Below are positions 12,595 to 25,830 of a stretch of 64,000 bases of DNA, in pieces. The stretch lies in NCBI RefSeq assembly GCF_009914755.1, contig NC_060936.1. One strand, written 5' to 3'. Each line of letters begins with the position of its first letter. Position 1 is the first letter of the stretch. The notes below the pieces were generated by a model. That model was not told the DNA's origin, made no database searches, and worked only from the letters and a program-made list of their open reading frames with translations. The position numbers and the translations under genes were made by a program. The stretch comes from the human T2T-CHM13v2.0 reference genome, Homo sapiens.

Positions 12595-14502
12595 GTGTTT
12601 TCCCTGGGCCCGGCCCGGCCTTGGAACTGTGTCGTCCTATCGGTACCCTGGACCCATAAGAGGGAGGGATGGCAGGGGCAGAGAAGGCAGGGACTCCATT
12701 TTCCATCACAAGCTGTCTCCACCAGCCTCGCTGAGGGATGGTGATGGAGATGTACCATGTCCTCACTTCCATTGCCTGAGGTGCTGGGTGTGATGTGGAG
12801 AAGACATAAGAAACTAACGGCAAACGTGCTCATTCTGTCCTGCGTGTGCAGCGAGACAGCCGGCAAGCCCAGGATGCAGGCCGGGCCCTAAACCCCAGCT
12901 TCCGGCTGTTAACTGGGCCTTTCGTGTTGACGAAACACAGTTGAGGGTATTTACAGTGGATGTGGCTACTGTGTGGCACATAGTATTGAGAGCATCACAT
13001 TCAGCATCTCGCTGTGGCCCGAAGGGGAGCTCCTGGGATTGATTAGGAAAGAGCCATTTGGAGAAGGCACTGTTAAAACTGTTTGGTTTTTCCTGCCCGC
13101 CGGCTGAGAAGGTCCTGGAGGAGTCCTGCTTCTGCTGACAGGGTAGGGTCCTGGGCCAGAGAACTGGCTAGAACTCAAGACAATAAGGCAGGAGTCAGTC
13201 AGCCTCAGGATATCTGAAAGCATGGTGATGTCAGTTCAGAAGACAGGAAATCAAACCTGCCTCAGTGGCCTGCCAGCTGTGTGGCCATGGGCAAGGTGCT
13301 CCGCCTCCTGGAGGTGGGCACAGTGAGATGGAAAAGTGGACGTGAAAGGGCTTTTGTCAGCTGTGCAGGTCCAGACCGCCATGTGAGCGTGCGGGTTTTC
13401 CTCCCCAGCTTCTACTCCACCCTGGTCAGGTCTGCCCATGGAGGGTGAGAGAGCTAGGACAGGAAGGTACTCACGGCTGTCCCTCTCATGACTGACAAAT
13501 GGTGCCAATGTTATCCTAGGGTGCACACACACATTTTCAAGGAATTGGGGTGGGGGGGATGGCCTTGTCCCTTGAGAACTATCAGTCTAGCAGGGGACAC
13601 TAAACACATATGCAGGAAATGACCTTATTAGAAAGCAACACACTGAAAAGTGCCAAGTGACACAGCTCGGACTGAACATGGAAATGCTCGAAGCCCACAC
13701 AACTGGAGTGCAGGAGCAGGCTAGACCGAGTCAGAGGACACTCGACACTCTCCTGAAGTCTGACCCCGTGAACGTCAAGGCCCAGGCCCAGGCCTGTGTG
13801 TGAGCCAGGGCAGGGGAGTCGGATGTGGTGTCTGGGAGAAGACTCTCTTAACCAGCTTAGGGCGAAAAGCAGGAAGGGCATCTCTCTTCTAGTTACTAGA
13901 GTGGAAAGGAAAAGGGAAGTTCTGGGTTGGTGACCCTGTGGTCCTCTGAGCAGGCGAGAGCCCAGCACTAAAATACGACAGTCATTCTGCTGGGAGGACC
14001 CGGCTGAACTTAGCGCTGGGTAGGTGGGGTAGAGTAGGCTAGGGCCTTGGCAAGGAGGAGCCATGCTGCCCTGGAGCACATCTCTGGTGCGGCAGAGCCC
14101 AGCATCAGCTCTGACCACTGTGGACAGAGGCCCATCCCCAGATGTGAGTCCTTGATCAACCCCGGGGTTCCGCCTTCTAGGGCTCACATAGCCAAGGGGA
14201 GCCCCAGCCTCACAGAAGCCACAGCAACTAGGCAGAAACCACAGGACTGGCCCATATGGCCAGGCGGGCTCAGAGCCGTGGCCTGCTGTTGTTGGGGACA
14301 AGGGCGTGAACATTAAAGATAGAAGTCACAGTAACTCATACTCCTCAGATTGCGGTAAACTGTGTTTGTGCATAAGGCTGTTACGGTTTTATTCTTTTCC
14401 TCTTTGTCTCCTTCATTCTTGGTCACCAGTTCTCTTACCCAGCCTTGATGTGTTTGGTATAAAGCTTTGAATGGGAACATACTTTAAAAATACATTTTAA
14501 AT

Positions 14503-14503
<1 letters not shown>

Positions 14504-14541
<38 letters not shown>

Positions 14542-14551
14542 CAGAGAGAGA
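14504..14551. repeat. Compound (GT)n(GA)n microsatellite
   Basis: gtgtgt...tgagagag...acagagagaga. Confidence 0.95.
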
Positions 14552-17058
14552 TCTACATAAATGACATTGTGCTATGGACTTTCTGGGTTTTTTTCCTTTT
14601 TCAAAAAACTTACCTTATGTTTTAAAGACTTGCTTGTGATGCTGTATGACCCTCTAAGTCTCAGTTTTGACTGCAGCTGCCTGGTGTTCTGTGGTCCACA
14701 TGCCTCCTTTTGTCTTACCATACCCGTGGGGATATGTACCTCATCTGCACCCAATTTCTTGTTCGCATCCCCTGGTGACCAGGGCTTCAGTCCTCAGGTC
14801 AAAGCATCCTTAGTTGAGCTCAACTTTCCCAGGCTTATCTCCAGGACACCTGCACCAGCCTATATTCTGCCAGCAGGGCATGAAGCTTTCTGTTTCCCTG
14901 GTCCTTACCAACTGCCAACAATCTGACAGATGCAAAGTTTGGGTTGTTGTGATAGTTACCAGTGTGGGTTCAAGTCTTCACTCCATCACTCAGCAGCTAT
15001 GTGACCACATAAAAGCAGATAAGCCACATCTATATGCCTCAGTGTTCGCATCTATAAAATGGAGATACTAATATAATTACCATAGGGGGTGGTCGTGAGG
15101 ATCTAACAAATTAATGAAAAGTATTCAGTAATTACTACTACTAGTAGTACAGGTAGTACTTCCTATTGTTACTACTAACATTTTCAGTTTTAATGAGGTT
15201 TACCACCCCTTCATACACCTGTTAGCCATTGGGTTTTCTCTACGGTGAATTGCCTAGTCATACCTTTTCTCATTATTCCATTGGGTTGCCATGTTTTTGC
15301 TGCTGATTTGCAGGTGTTTGTTGAACATTCTAGACACTAATCCCTTGCTTATTTTTGGTTCTTGCAAACATCTCTCAATCCATTCCTGGTTTGTTAACTT
15401 TGACAGCGCTAACTTTTGTTGAACAAAAATTCTGATAATGTTAAATCTGTCTTTTTTTATTTCCTTGTGCTTTGTATTTTTGGAGTATTGTTTAATAAAT
15501 CTCTTTCCATGACAAAGTTATAAATATATTGTCTATTTCTGTTGTTAATATTATGATTCTACTTTTCATAAATAAAGCATTAGTCTATCAAAAGTTAACA
15601 TTTAGTTTTGGTCAGGCAGGTATATAATTTAATTTTTCTCAATATATTTCTTTTTATCTTCATGATTTTGTAGTGATTGATACATGTGAATTAATGTAAG
15701 GAATATATAATACAAATATAATTAGTTTTTTTATCACTCAATTCTATTGCACTGGTCTCATTACCTATCACACTGATTTTGTTACTACACTGCTATGGAT
15801 TTGTAGAACTTTCATATTTTCCTATTGAGTAAGATGACCTGTCCTAATTGGTTTTGCTTTTACAAAATTTAACTAGCTGTTTTGGGATCTTTATTATTTG
15901 ATACACATTTTGGAATAAATGTGTCATGTTCCTTAAAAAATCCATATGAAATTTAAATTGAAATTGCAATGAATTTATAGATTATGTTGGGGAGAGTTGG
16001 CATCTTTACAATGTTAGGTTGTACATTCATGAGCAAAATATATTTCTTCGTTTACTTTTCTTTTTTACTTAATTGAATTTTAACATATCTACCTGAGGAT
16101 CTTATACATCTTTTTAAAAAAGGCTTATCCTAGTTCTTATTGTTATTTTGGTTGTGTCTCACTAATTTCTATATGTTTCTAATTGGATTTTTGCGGAAAT
16201 AATATAATCTACTGCTTTTTATTAATTGAGCTTCTATCTGTAAGAGTTGGTGAACCCTCTTGTTAGTGCCAACAGTGTGACTGATGATTCTATTGGTTTC
16301 TCTATGTGGTTGATTCTACCACCTGCCAGTAGTGTAGTTTTTGTCTCTTCTCTTTCTATCGTTGTTTCTCATACTTTTTTGTTGTTGTTTTATTGCATGG
16401 GCCAGTAATTTCAGTACATGTTAAAGAGTAGCAATGACAAGCATTCCTTATGCTGAGCCTCGGCTTAAACAAAATGTGTCTAAAGTTTCTCTCTTGGGAA
16501 AGTTTATTGTAGAATTTTGGTATTACTCTTAAAGTAAAGAGATTTCTATTACTAGTTTTTTGTGAGAACTATTACTATTTTTACTATTACTCTAAAAAGT
16601 TGTTGAAATTTATTTAATTATTTTTCTGCATCTATCAAAGATAATCATATTATTTTATTCTCCTTTAGTCCATTAATTTTGTGAATTACTTTGAAAAAAT
16701 TTTTATATTGTTAATCTTTCCTGGAAATAACCACTTTAATCATGATTTAAAAAAAATAGAGAGTTGGATTCAGCTAACAAATATGTTTTGTGATAGGGAG
16801 TAATCATATATGTGTTCAAAAGTGAAATAAGTCGTTTGAACTATCATTTGCTGACTTTGGAATCAGGGTTATAGTAACCTCATAAAAAGTTGGGCAGCTT
16901 TCTCTCCTCTTTTTCCTGGAACAACTTGCATAAGATAGATATTTATATATTGTTTGAAGTTTAATAGCTCTCTCTTCTATAAAACTTTCTGAGTTTTGGG
17001 CTTTGTTGAAATGTGTGAATTTGGGGGAGCATTTAATATTTCAATTTTTAAAATAAAT

Positions 17059-17300
17059 GGCTGGGCAAAAGCAGGTGGATTGCTTGAGTCTAGGAGTTCC
17101 AGACCAACCTGGCTACATTGCAAAACCCCATCTCTACGAAAAATACAAAAAGTTAGACAGGCGTGGTGGCATGCATCTGCAGTCCCAACTACTCAGGAGA
17201 CTGAGGTTGGACCTGAGCCTAGGAGGTTCAAGCTACAGTGAACTGTGATCGTGCCACCACACTGCAGCCTGTGCAACAGAGTGAGACCCTGTCTCAATAA
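17059..17300 (+). mobile_element. AluJ-type element with ~40-bp deletion in the left arm
   Basis: ggctgggc jumps directly to aaaagcaggtggattgcttgag. J-type cagtgaactgtgatcgtgccac...gagtgagaccctgtctc follows. Confidence 0.85.
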
Positions 17301-18268
17301 TTTTTTTAAAATTATGACTTATTTATTTAACTTTTCTTCTGCCAGTTTTGCTTTATTTGTCAGGATTTTATTAACCATACCTAAGTTTTGAAATGTTTTT
17401 CTATAATAATCTATGATAGTCTTATTTAAAAAAAAAAAAAAAACAACTCTGTTGGGTCTTTGTTTTTTTTTTCATTCATTTTATATTTTTTCATTTGTGT
17501 ATTTTCTTCTTTTCTTAAAATTTGAATGCCTTGCCAGAGACTTATCAGAAATATAAACTTTTTCACAAAACCAACTTTAGGTTTTGTTTGTTTTCCACTT
17601 TTCTTAGTTCTTCATTTTGATGATTTCTAAACTCATTTTTATTTTCTCATTCCTTCTAAGTTATTTGGGTTCACTCAACCTCTCTTCTTCTAACTTCTTA
17701 AGCTAAAAGTTTAGATCATTTGTTTTTGTTCTTTCTTACTTAGTGATAAATATACTTAAAGCTATAAATTTCTCTCAGAGAAATGATTTCGTTGTGTCCC
17801 ACAGGTTTTGACATGCGGTGCTTTTATTTTGTTCAAGTCCAAGTATTTCATATTTTTCCCTGTGATTTCCGCTTTAACCAAAGGATTATTCATTTGTATG
17901 CTTTTTAGTTTCCAGGCATATGGGATTTTCCTAAAGCTATCCTTTTGTTATCGACGTCTAATTTTATAGCATTATGGCCAGAGAGTATAGTCTACGAGGT
18001 GATGTTGACTCTTTGGAATTTATTGAGCCTCCTTTGTCACCCAAGTTCAATGTTGACTTTTGTGAATGTTCCATGTTTTCTTTAAAATAATACGCATTCT
18101 GTATTTATTAGGTGTGAAATATATTTGTATTAGTTCAAGCTTACTAATTGTGTAATTCAAACCTACCATTTGTTTTCTTTTTGTTGGTTTAATTGATTAG
18201 TTTCACAGAGAAATATGTTAAAATTACCAACTATAATAAATGATGTATCTGCTTATTCCTATAGTTAT

Positions 18269-18646
18269 GGAATTAGTCCATTTTCATACTGCTATGAAGG
18301 AATGCCTGAGACTGGGTAATTTATAATGAAAAAGAGGTTTAATGGACTCACAGTTCCACATGGCTGGGAAGGCCTCACAATCATCGTGGAAGGTGAAGGA
18401 GGAGCAAAGGCATGCCTTACATGATGGCAGACAAGAGAATGTGTGCAGGGGAACAACCCTTTATAAAACTATCAGATCTTATGAGACTTATTCACTATCA
18501 TGGGGGCAGCATGGGACAAACCCACCCCCATGATTCAATGACCTCCCACCAGGGACCTCCCACCAGATCCCTCCCACAACACATGGGTATTATGGGAGCT
18601 ATAATTCAAGATGAGATTTGGGTGGGGACACAAGGAAACCATATCA
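18269..18646 (-). mobile_element. THE1 (MaLR) solo LTR
   Basis: attagtccattttcatactgct...gagactgggtaatttata...gagatttgggtggggacac...ccatatca. Perfect 5-bp TSD GTTAT at 18264-18268 and 18647-18651. Confidence 0.92.
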
Positions 18647-19528
18647 GTTATGTCTCAGTTTTTAAATTTATATACTTCAAGGCTTTATTATTAGGTGCAT
18701 ATATGTTAGGGGCCATTGTGTTATCTGTAGTACCAGATACTATTTTACTGATATATAGTACCTTTCTTTGTTTCTTTTTATAATGTTTACCTCAAAATCC
18801 ATTTTGTCTGATAAAACTGACACCCTTGCTATGTTTTTGGTACATATTTGTTTGACACATATTTTTCATACATTTTTATATATTGAGTACATAAAAAGGT
18901 ATTTCTAACATAACGAGGGTATAAAAATAAAAAAAATACTCACAAAGCCACTACTAAGCTCAAGTAGTAAAACATTAGCTCCCTGTGTGCTTCTCCCTGA
19001 TCCCATCACTCTCCCTCAGCTTTCAAAGATAACCTCAATTTTTATCTATCATTTCTTCACTTTTCTTTATGGCTTTCATATATTCACATATTCCTACACA
19101 GTAAATCATTCTATTTTTTTATGCTTTTGAACTTTGTATAAATAAAAAAAAACTATCTTTCTGTGACTTCCTTGTTTTGTTAATATTATTTCAATGACTT
19201 GCTTATGTTTATGTGTACAATAGTAGTTCATTAATTTTCACTTCTAGATACTATTTCATAACCACAATATGATTTATATATAATATATACATATAAAGTA
19301 ACTATCACAATTTATTTATCTGCTTTTCTGTTGGTTTTTAGTTTTGGTATTTTGGTGTTGTTGTCTTTGCTATTTCAGCATTGATGCCATGAATATTTTT
19401 GTCTGTCTCTCCTAATGTACATGTGCAAGAGTTCTTCTACCATGGTTGGGATTTGTTGGACGGACTAAGGTTTGGACTGTAATTGCTGGGTATGCAATTC
19501 CTCAAAGGTAAGAACAACCTCAAAATAC

Positions 19529-19775
19529 CATTTGAGTATCCCTTATCCTAAATTCCTGGGACCAAAAGCATTTTGGATTTTGGAATTTTCTTTTTTATTT
19601 TCAGAACATTTACGTTATTACAATTTTAGAATTGAGCATCCCAATCCTAAAATCTGAAATCCAAAATGCTCCAATGAACATTTCCTTTGAGTGTCATGTC
19701 AGCACTCAGAAAGTTTCAGATTTTGGAACATTTTGAATTTTGAATTCTCAAATTAGAATTAGGGATGCTCAACAT
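19529..19775. mobile_element. Tigger4a (MER46A) MITE
   Basis: TIRs ttgagtatccct...agggatgctcaa. Internal aaatgctccaatgaacatttcctttgagtgtcatgtcagcactc. Confidence 0.85.
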
Positions 19776-20714
19776 ATAGTATAAGCATTACAATTTCTTA
19801 CTCCACATATTTTGACCTACCTTTCCTAAATTGTTTTTGTCTCTCTATGCTTCATTTTGGAAAACTTTTTGAACCTGCTTTGAGTCACTAATTCTCTCTT
19901 CAGCTGTCTAATTTACTGTTTCATCCATCTCCTGAGTTTTAATTTTAATTGTTATATTTTTCTGTTTCTAAAAGTTACATTTGATTCACTTTTGAAATCT
20001 AGTTGGCCTCCTTTATAATCTTTGGTCTTGATAATTTTTAAAGTCAGATTTTCATTTATTTAAGCCCAGCAAATTTTTCTTTATAGGCTTCACATGATAA
20101 TTCCAATATCTAAAGCATTTTCAGGTGTGATTTTGATTTTTTTTCCCTGAGGCTGGAGATTAATAAAGAGAGAAACAGTAGTTTGCTGTGTGAGATTATT
20201 CCAAAGAAAAGAGCCCATTTCTTGAATGGAATTCCAGCCAGAGGGTGGAGGGGCTAATCCTAGGAACTAGGTTTGAGAAGAAGGTAAAAGGCCCCGACCT
20301 AGCCCTTTCTGTCCCTTTCTCTTTCTTTATGGTATCTACATTGAAAAACACAAAATGGGAAAGCCATTTATCTCTCAGGCCACTGGGCCATGGCTCTCTG
20401 ATCCTCCGAGAAATAGCCCTTGGAGCCTGAGAATGCTCCCTGATTGACTCTTTACTGAAAAACTCAAAAATAAATGAAACTCCTAGAGCCTGGGATTAAT
20501 CTTATTTTTTGTTTGCAGAGTCACATGTGGAAGAAGTATGTCATTTTCATGCTGGCTGTATCTTGCCAGTACTCTTAGAGTTCTGCTAGAGAAATATCAC
20601 ATTCCCCACCTCTGCTAGCCAGGTAGCAAAAAGAACCAGGGGTGGGAGAAATGGAAGATGTCTTAGGAAGAGCCAATTCTAAATGAGAATTGTAAGCAAA
20701 GTTTATTTAATGCA

Positions 20715-21110
20715 TATCCAACAGCCATTTCTCCTTTGACCCTCCTAAAAGAACCTGACATTGTTCAGCTATCCACTTTCAGAGGGCTTACTCTTCAGGG
20801 GAGACCATGGTTGTTTCTTCATTCTTGACAAGAGATGCAAGATTCTTCCTTTGGACATTGTCATTTCTGGATGGGATGCCTGGAAAGACTGCAGCCAACT
20901 TCTGACCACAAGAGGAATCAGCCTGAAGAAACAGCCAGCCCATGGAAGAAATCAGAGTCAGGAGAATCACAAGGAGAGGGACCAGGGTCCCCACAAACCA
21001 AGCTGGCTCTGCCTGCAGCTTCCCATGTCAGAAAATAAACCCCCTTATTGTTTAAAACTCTTGAGTCAGGGTTTTCTGTGACTTGTAACCAAAACATCCT
21101 AACTGATTCA
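20715..21110 (+). mobile_element. Old MLT1 (J/K/L-like) LTR
   Basis: Ends aaaataaacccc...gagtcagggttttctgtgacttgtaaccaaaacatcctaactgattca. Confidence 0.65.
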
Positions 21111-21199
21111 GAGGTAGGAAAGAACACTTTAAAATCAGAGCCATAGAATGGAAGAGAACTAAGAGACAGGTTAACCCGCAGACTTTCCACATCAGGAAA

Positions 21200-21574
21200 C
21201 TGAGACTGGCTCCATTGCTAATTCCTGTCACCACAGTTAATACTGGATTTGACCTTATGACTGGTTTGGCCAATGGAAACTGATGTAAACATTTGGCCAT
21301 TGTCAGCTGAAGTGATACATGCTGCCACTGAGCAGGAACTGGAAGAATGAGTGTGTGCTTTCAGAGCTGCCTTTTACCCTCTTCTACTAGAAAGAGGTGA
21401 TTCCATCAACCTGGTTCAGAAATGTAAACTGATATAGAGGAGAACTGCAGGCTTCCTACTCTGTGAATGGCATGTATTGTGGGTAAGAAATAAACCTTTA
21501 TACATGTAAGATACTGAGATTTTGGGGACAGAGTGTTGTTACTGAAGCAAAATCCAGTGAAAGCTGATCTATAC
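21200..21574 (+). mobile_element. Old MLT1 (H/I/J-like) LTR
   Basis: tgactggtttggccaatgga...aagaaataaacctt...ctgagattttgggg...ttgttactgaagca...taca. Confidence 0.65.
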
Positions 21575-21971
21575 ATTAAAGTTAATTAATAGGTCAATGA
21601 ATTATTTTTTTTGAACTAGTCTGAATTGAATTCTGTCATTTGCAGCTACAAGGTTGTCATTAACATACTCTCTTATGTTGTTCTCTTTTCATTTGTTTAC
21701 ATTTTGCATTCCCCTCCAGAGTTTGAGCAGAGACATCATCTTGCTCATCATTGCATCTCCAGGGCCAAGGATGGTGTGAGCTCCTTACATGTCTGTGTTT
21801 TTATCACTTGTTCCCTGCCTGTATAGTGAAGCCATTCGAGATGGAAGTAGGTGAGGGATCTTTCTGGCCTTCCATAACTCCACATTACAGATATTCATGA
21901 TCAACTCTGAACATTCCACTCTGCCATTTTTGTCTCTTATCTCCACTGACCCAATCTATCTGATCGAAATG

Positions 21972-22004
<33 letters not shown>
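21972..22004. repeat. Mononucleotide A33 tract (T33 on the ANO2 strand)
   Basis: 33 consecutive A with no Alu or L1 body upstream. Confidence 0.95.
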
Positions 22005-22005
<1 letters not shown>

Positions 22006-22588
22006 AGGGAAGATGGCTTCTCAAGTGGTTTCAGGTTGAGCAGTTCTGTCAATGTGGCCAGAGAAGTAGGGGTGAAGAGGGACGAGACAGATATTAGCAA
22101 AGCTTTCTGGGCTCTTCTGAAGCACCCATCTCTTTATACAGGGACCTAACAATTGACCAGTTTTCTACTCAGGGTGCCATATTTTGTTTTTCTAAGTGGA
22201 GTGAAGTTCTTGGATCTAAAAAGAAGCTCAGCCCTTCTGTGAGTAACAGATGGGGAAAGATGAGCAAGTTCAGGGGGATAATCAGTGCCAGTGTGGTCCT
22301 GGTGAATGGATGATGATAGCACTGGAGAGATAGGCCCAGGGAGAAGGAGTCCACTGGCCCAGCCAGGCACTTGGGGAAGGAGCCAGTGACGTCACTGCAG
22401 TCTGGGGACACTAGGGCACAATGGGCAGCAGAGTTATCCTCCAGGTCCGCTGACACCAGGCAACCTAGTTTGTGGCAGGAAGAAAGGATCAAAGTTTGAC
22501 ATGGAGGAGAGTGTTCCTGAAATTAGATTCATGGTTTGTTTCTGGGTCTAAACACAAGCATATCCACATGTGTGTACAGCATAAACGT

Positions 22589-22590
<2 letters not shown>

Positions 22591-22622
<32 letters not shown>
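22591..22622. repeat. (AC)16 microsatellite
   Basis: Perfect dinucleotide run. Confidence 0.95.
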
Positions 22623-22624
<2 letters not shown>

Positions 22625-22664
22625 AGCACAGCAAACATCTACCTGTCTTCTCTGAGATGGTTTA

Positions 22665-23145
22665 GAAAACGGTTTTGAGCCATCGATCACTCTGGCAGTC
22701 TGTTGAAGTCCGTAGACCCTTCTCAGTATGTTTTTAAAATATGTGGAATATATTCACACACACAGGACTAAAAATGAAACCAATGACATTAAAATACAGT
22801 TGTCAATATGACAGCAAAGTACGATTTTAAAAAACCTATTCAGTAATGCATTAGATAACAAGATACTGCAATGCTTCTCTACAATTGCATTATTTCAAAG
22901 TAATGATGAGTAGGGATGATACTTTGAAATATCAGCAACAATTAGAATATGATATAGAACTATCTCCAAATTCTACTGCTAACAAAGACACCAGTGCCAC
23001 AAATCATAATGTGATTTGTTGCCTATATTCAAATTAGAAGTATATACTATAAGTTAAAGATCAGTAAAAATAAGGTTGTTGTTTTTTTTATTCGAATTTT
23101 TGGGCCCTCTGAATTCTATTCTAAGGTGCCCAGGGATCACCAACT
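22665..23145. mobile_element. MER119-like hAT-Charlie element
   Basis: tggcagtctgttgaagtcc...gacccttctcag...gaaaccaat...aaatacagtt. Confidence 0.6.
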
Positions 23146-23717
23146 TTTGGATAAGAAATCTGGGTTTAGAGATAATCCACCTGAATTTTTTTTCATATAT
23201 TCTTGGGGACACATCCTGCCCTATTAGTTCATACCTGAAAGACCCAGTTTCTCCGAGTTCTACTCAAGGAGGCAAGCTGTTACCTGATTTGTTGCTCTGG
23301 CCCGTTGTGCCAGGGAACCAGACCAGGCTTTGAATATGCATGATTTGGGTTAACGCTTGTCACTACTCCCAGTGCATCACAGAAGGCCTGGTGGCACAGA
23401 TGGGGTCTGCTCTGTGCCCTCCAACTCGGCAGGCCTGGGATCCATCCCAGCAGGAGCAATGGCACCAATCCCTACCACTACCCCCATCTCCAGCCCTTGC
23501 CTAACTCTATGTCCCCCACCTACTCTTGAGTCCTTGAAGCCATATGTCCATCTGAGGGCCACCAAACGCCTGCAGGGATGAGAGAAGATGTGGGCGAGGA
23601 ATCAGTACTTATTTTGCACCTAATATGTACTGGGCATTGTGACAAGCACTTTGTGTACATGGTTGCCACAACCCTGTGGCATGAGTGATAGTACCCCATC
23701 TTGCAGATGAGAACACA

Positions 23718-23829
23718 CAGGCCATGGTGAAGTATGTTGCATATGGTGAATCCCAGGCCATGGTGAAATATGTTGCATACGGTGAGTCCCAGGCCATGTA
23801 TGGGATTGCAACATACCATGTATGTTGCA
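23718..23829. repeat. 36-bp tandem duplication (~2.25 copies) followed by a 10-bp-stem hairpin, abutting an antisense MIR (~23605-23720)
   Basis: caggccatggtgaagtatgttgcatatggtgaatcc / caggccatggtgaaatatgttgcatacggtgagtcc / caggccatg. Hairpin tgcaacatac-cat-gtatgttgca at 23807-23829. Confidence 0.9.
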
Positions 23830-24578
23830 TACGGTTAATGGAGCCCAGATTTCCCAACATAATGCACAAATTCCCAAAAGTGAGAGCACACCGGCGCTGT
23901 GAAACAGCTCATTCCACCTTTGGGTAGCTCTGGCTCTCCAAATACCCTTATTTATTCTGAGCTGTAGCTTTAGGAGAGGGATGGCTGGTACTAATGATTA
24001 GCTTTAATTAATGACAGAGTGCTCATTAATGTATAATTCATCCAATAATGTGTGTGAGTATTTATTAGGTGTAGGCACAGGAGATGCAGAAGAGAAAAGC
24101 AAAGCCCCTTTCCCCTTGAAATTCACATGCCAATGGGGAAAGACAGGGAACAAAAAATAAGCAAGTAAATAAATAGTATGCCAGATTGTTGGTAGACCTC
24201 TGGAGAACAATGCCCATAAGGAAGATAACAGTGTTGGGGATGGTCTAGTGGCCATTATGGGCTTTTCTGAGGGAGGTGAAACTTGAGCAGAGATCTGCAG
24301 AGGTGAGGGATAAGCCTAATGGGAGAGGAGCCTCCCACACAGAGGGACATCTGTCAAATAACAGTATGGAAGCCACCGGGGCAGGAGTGAGCACACAAGG
24401 AGGAAGCTGGTAGCAAGGCTGGTGTCCAGCCACGGTGCACCTATGTGGGAATACTGACCATTGCACAACTGACAAACTTCCACACTGGCTGGAAAACAGC
24501 CACTCTTCTGAGCTCTCACATGCCACACCAGCCCTTCCTCCAAAAAGCTTAGACTCCTCATATCCCGTAGCTATAGGA

Positions 24579-25660
<1,082 letters not shown>

Positions 25661-25830
25661 CTATGGTAATGCCTGGCAGAGTTAGAGTGCTTCAGAACCC
25701 TCCTCAAGACCTGTAGTGGCTACCGGTTTTGAACTGGTCAGTGCCCCGGCCATACCATTTTGTGCTGTTTAGCATTTTGAATATCACCCAAAGTCAGAGA
25801 GGGAGCTGGGATCCAGATCGGTTGGTAAGG

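Larger units (their letters stand above)
14560..20140 (-). mobile_element. Ancient fragmented L1 (L1M/L1ME-type) region hosting younger insertions
   Basis: T-rich sequence with decayed antisense ORF2 motifs (e.g. gaaattgcaatgaatttatagatt, ggcatctttacaatgtt, gctataaatttctctc, tcccacaggttttgac). Interrupted by MIR (~14960-15125), Alu, THE1 and Tigger4a. Confidence 0.75.

Noticed and set aside
13600-14313. Longest ORF in the track (237 aa), plus 414-944, 463-966, 11450-11989 and 37670-38200
   Set aside because: No recognisable domain, and the composition is typical of stop-poor GC-rich non-coding DNA, with overlapping ORFs on both strands.
23718-23798. 36-bp repeats as CRISPR-like repeats or a QAMVKYVAYGES repeat peptide
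   Set aside because: The units are directly adjacent with no spacers, the context is eukaryotic, and the ORF starts in a MIR.
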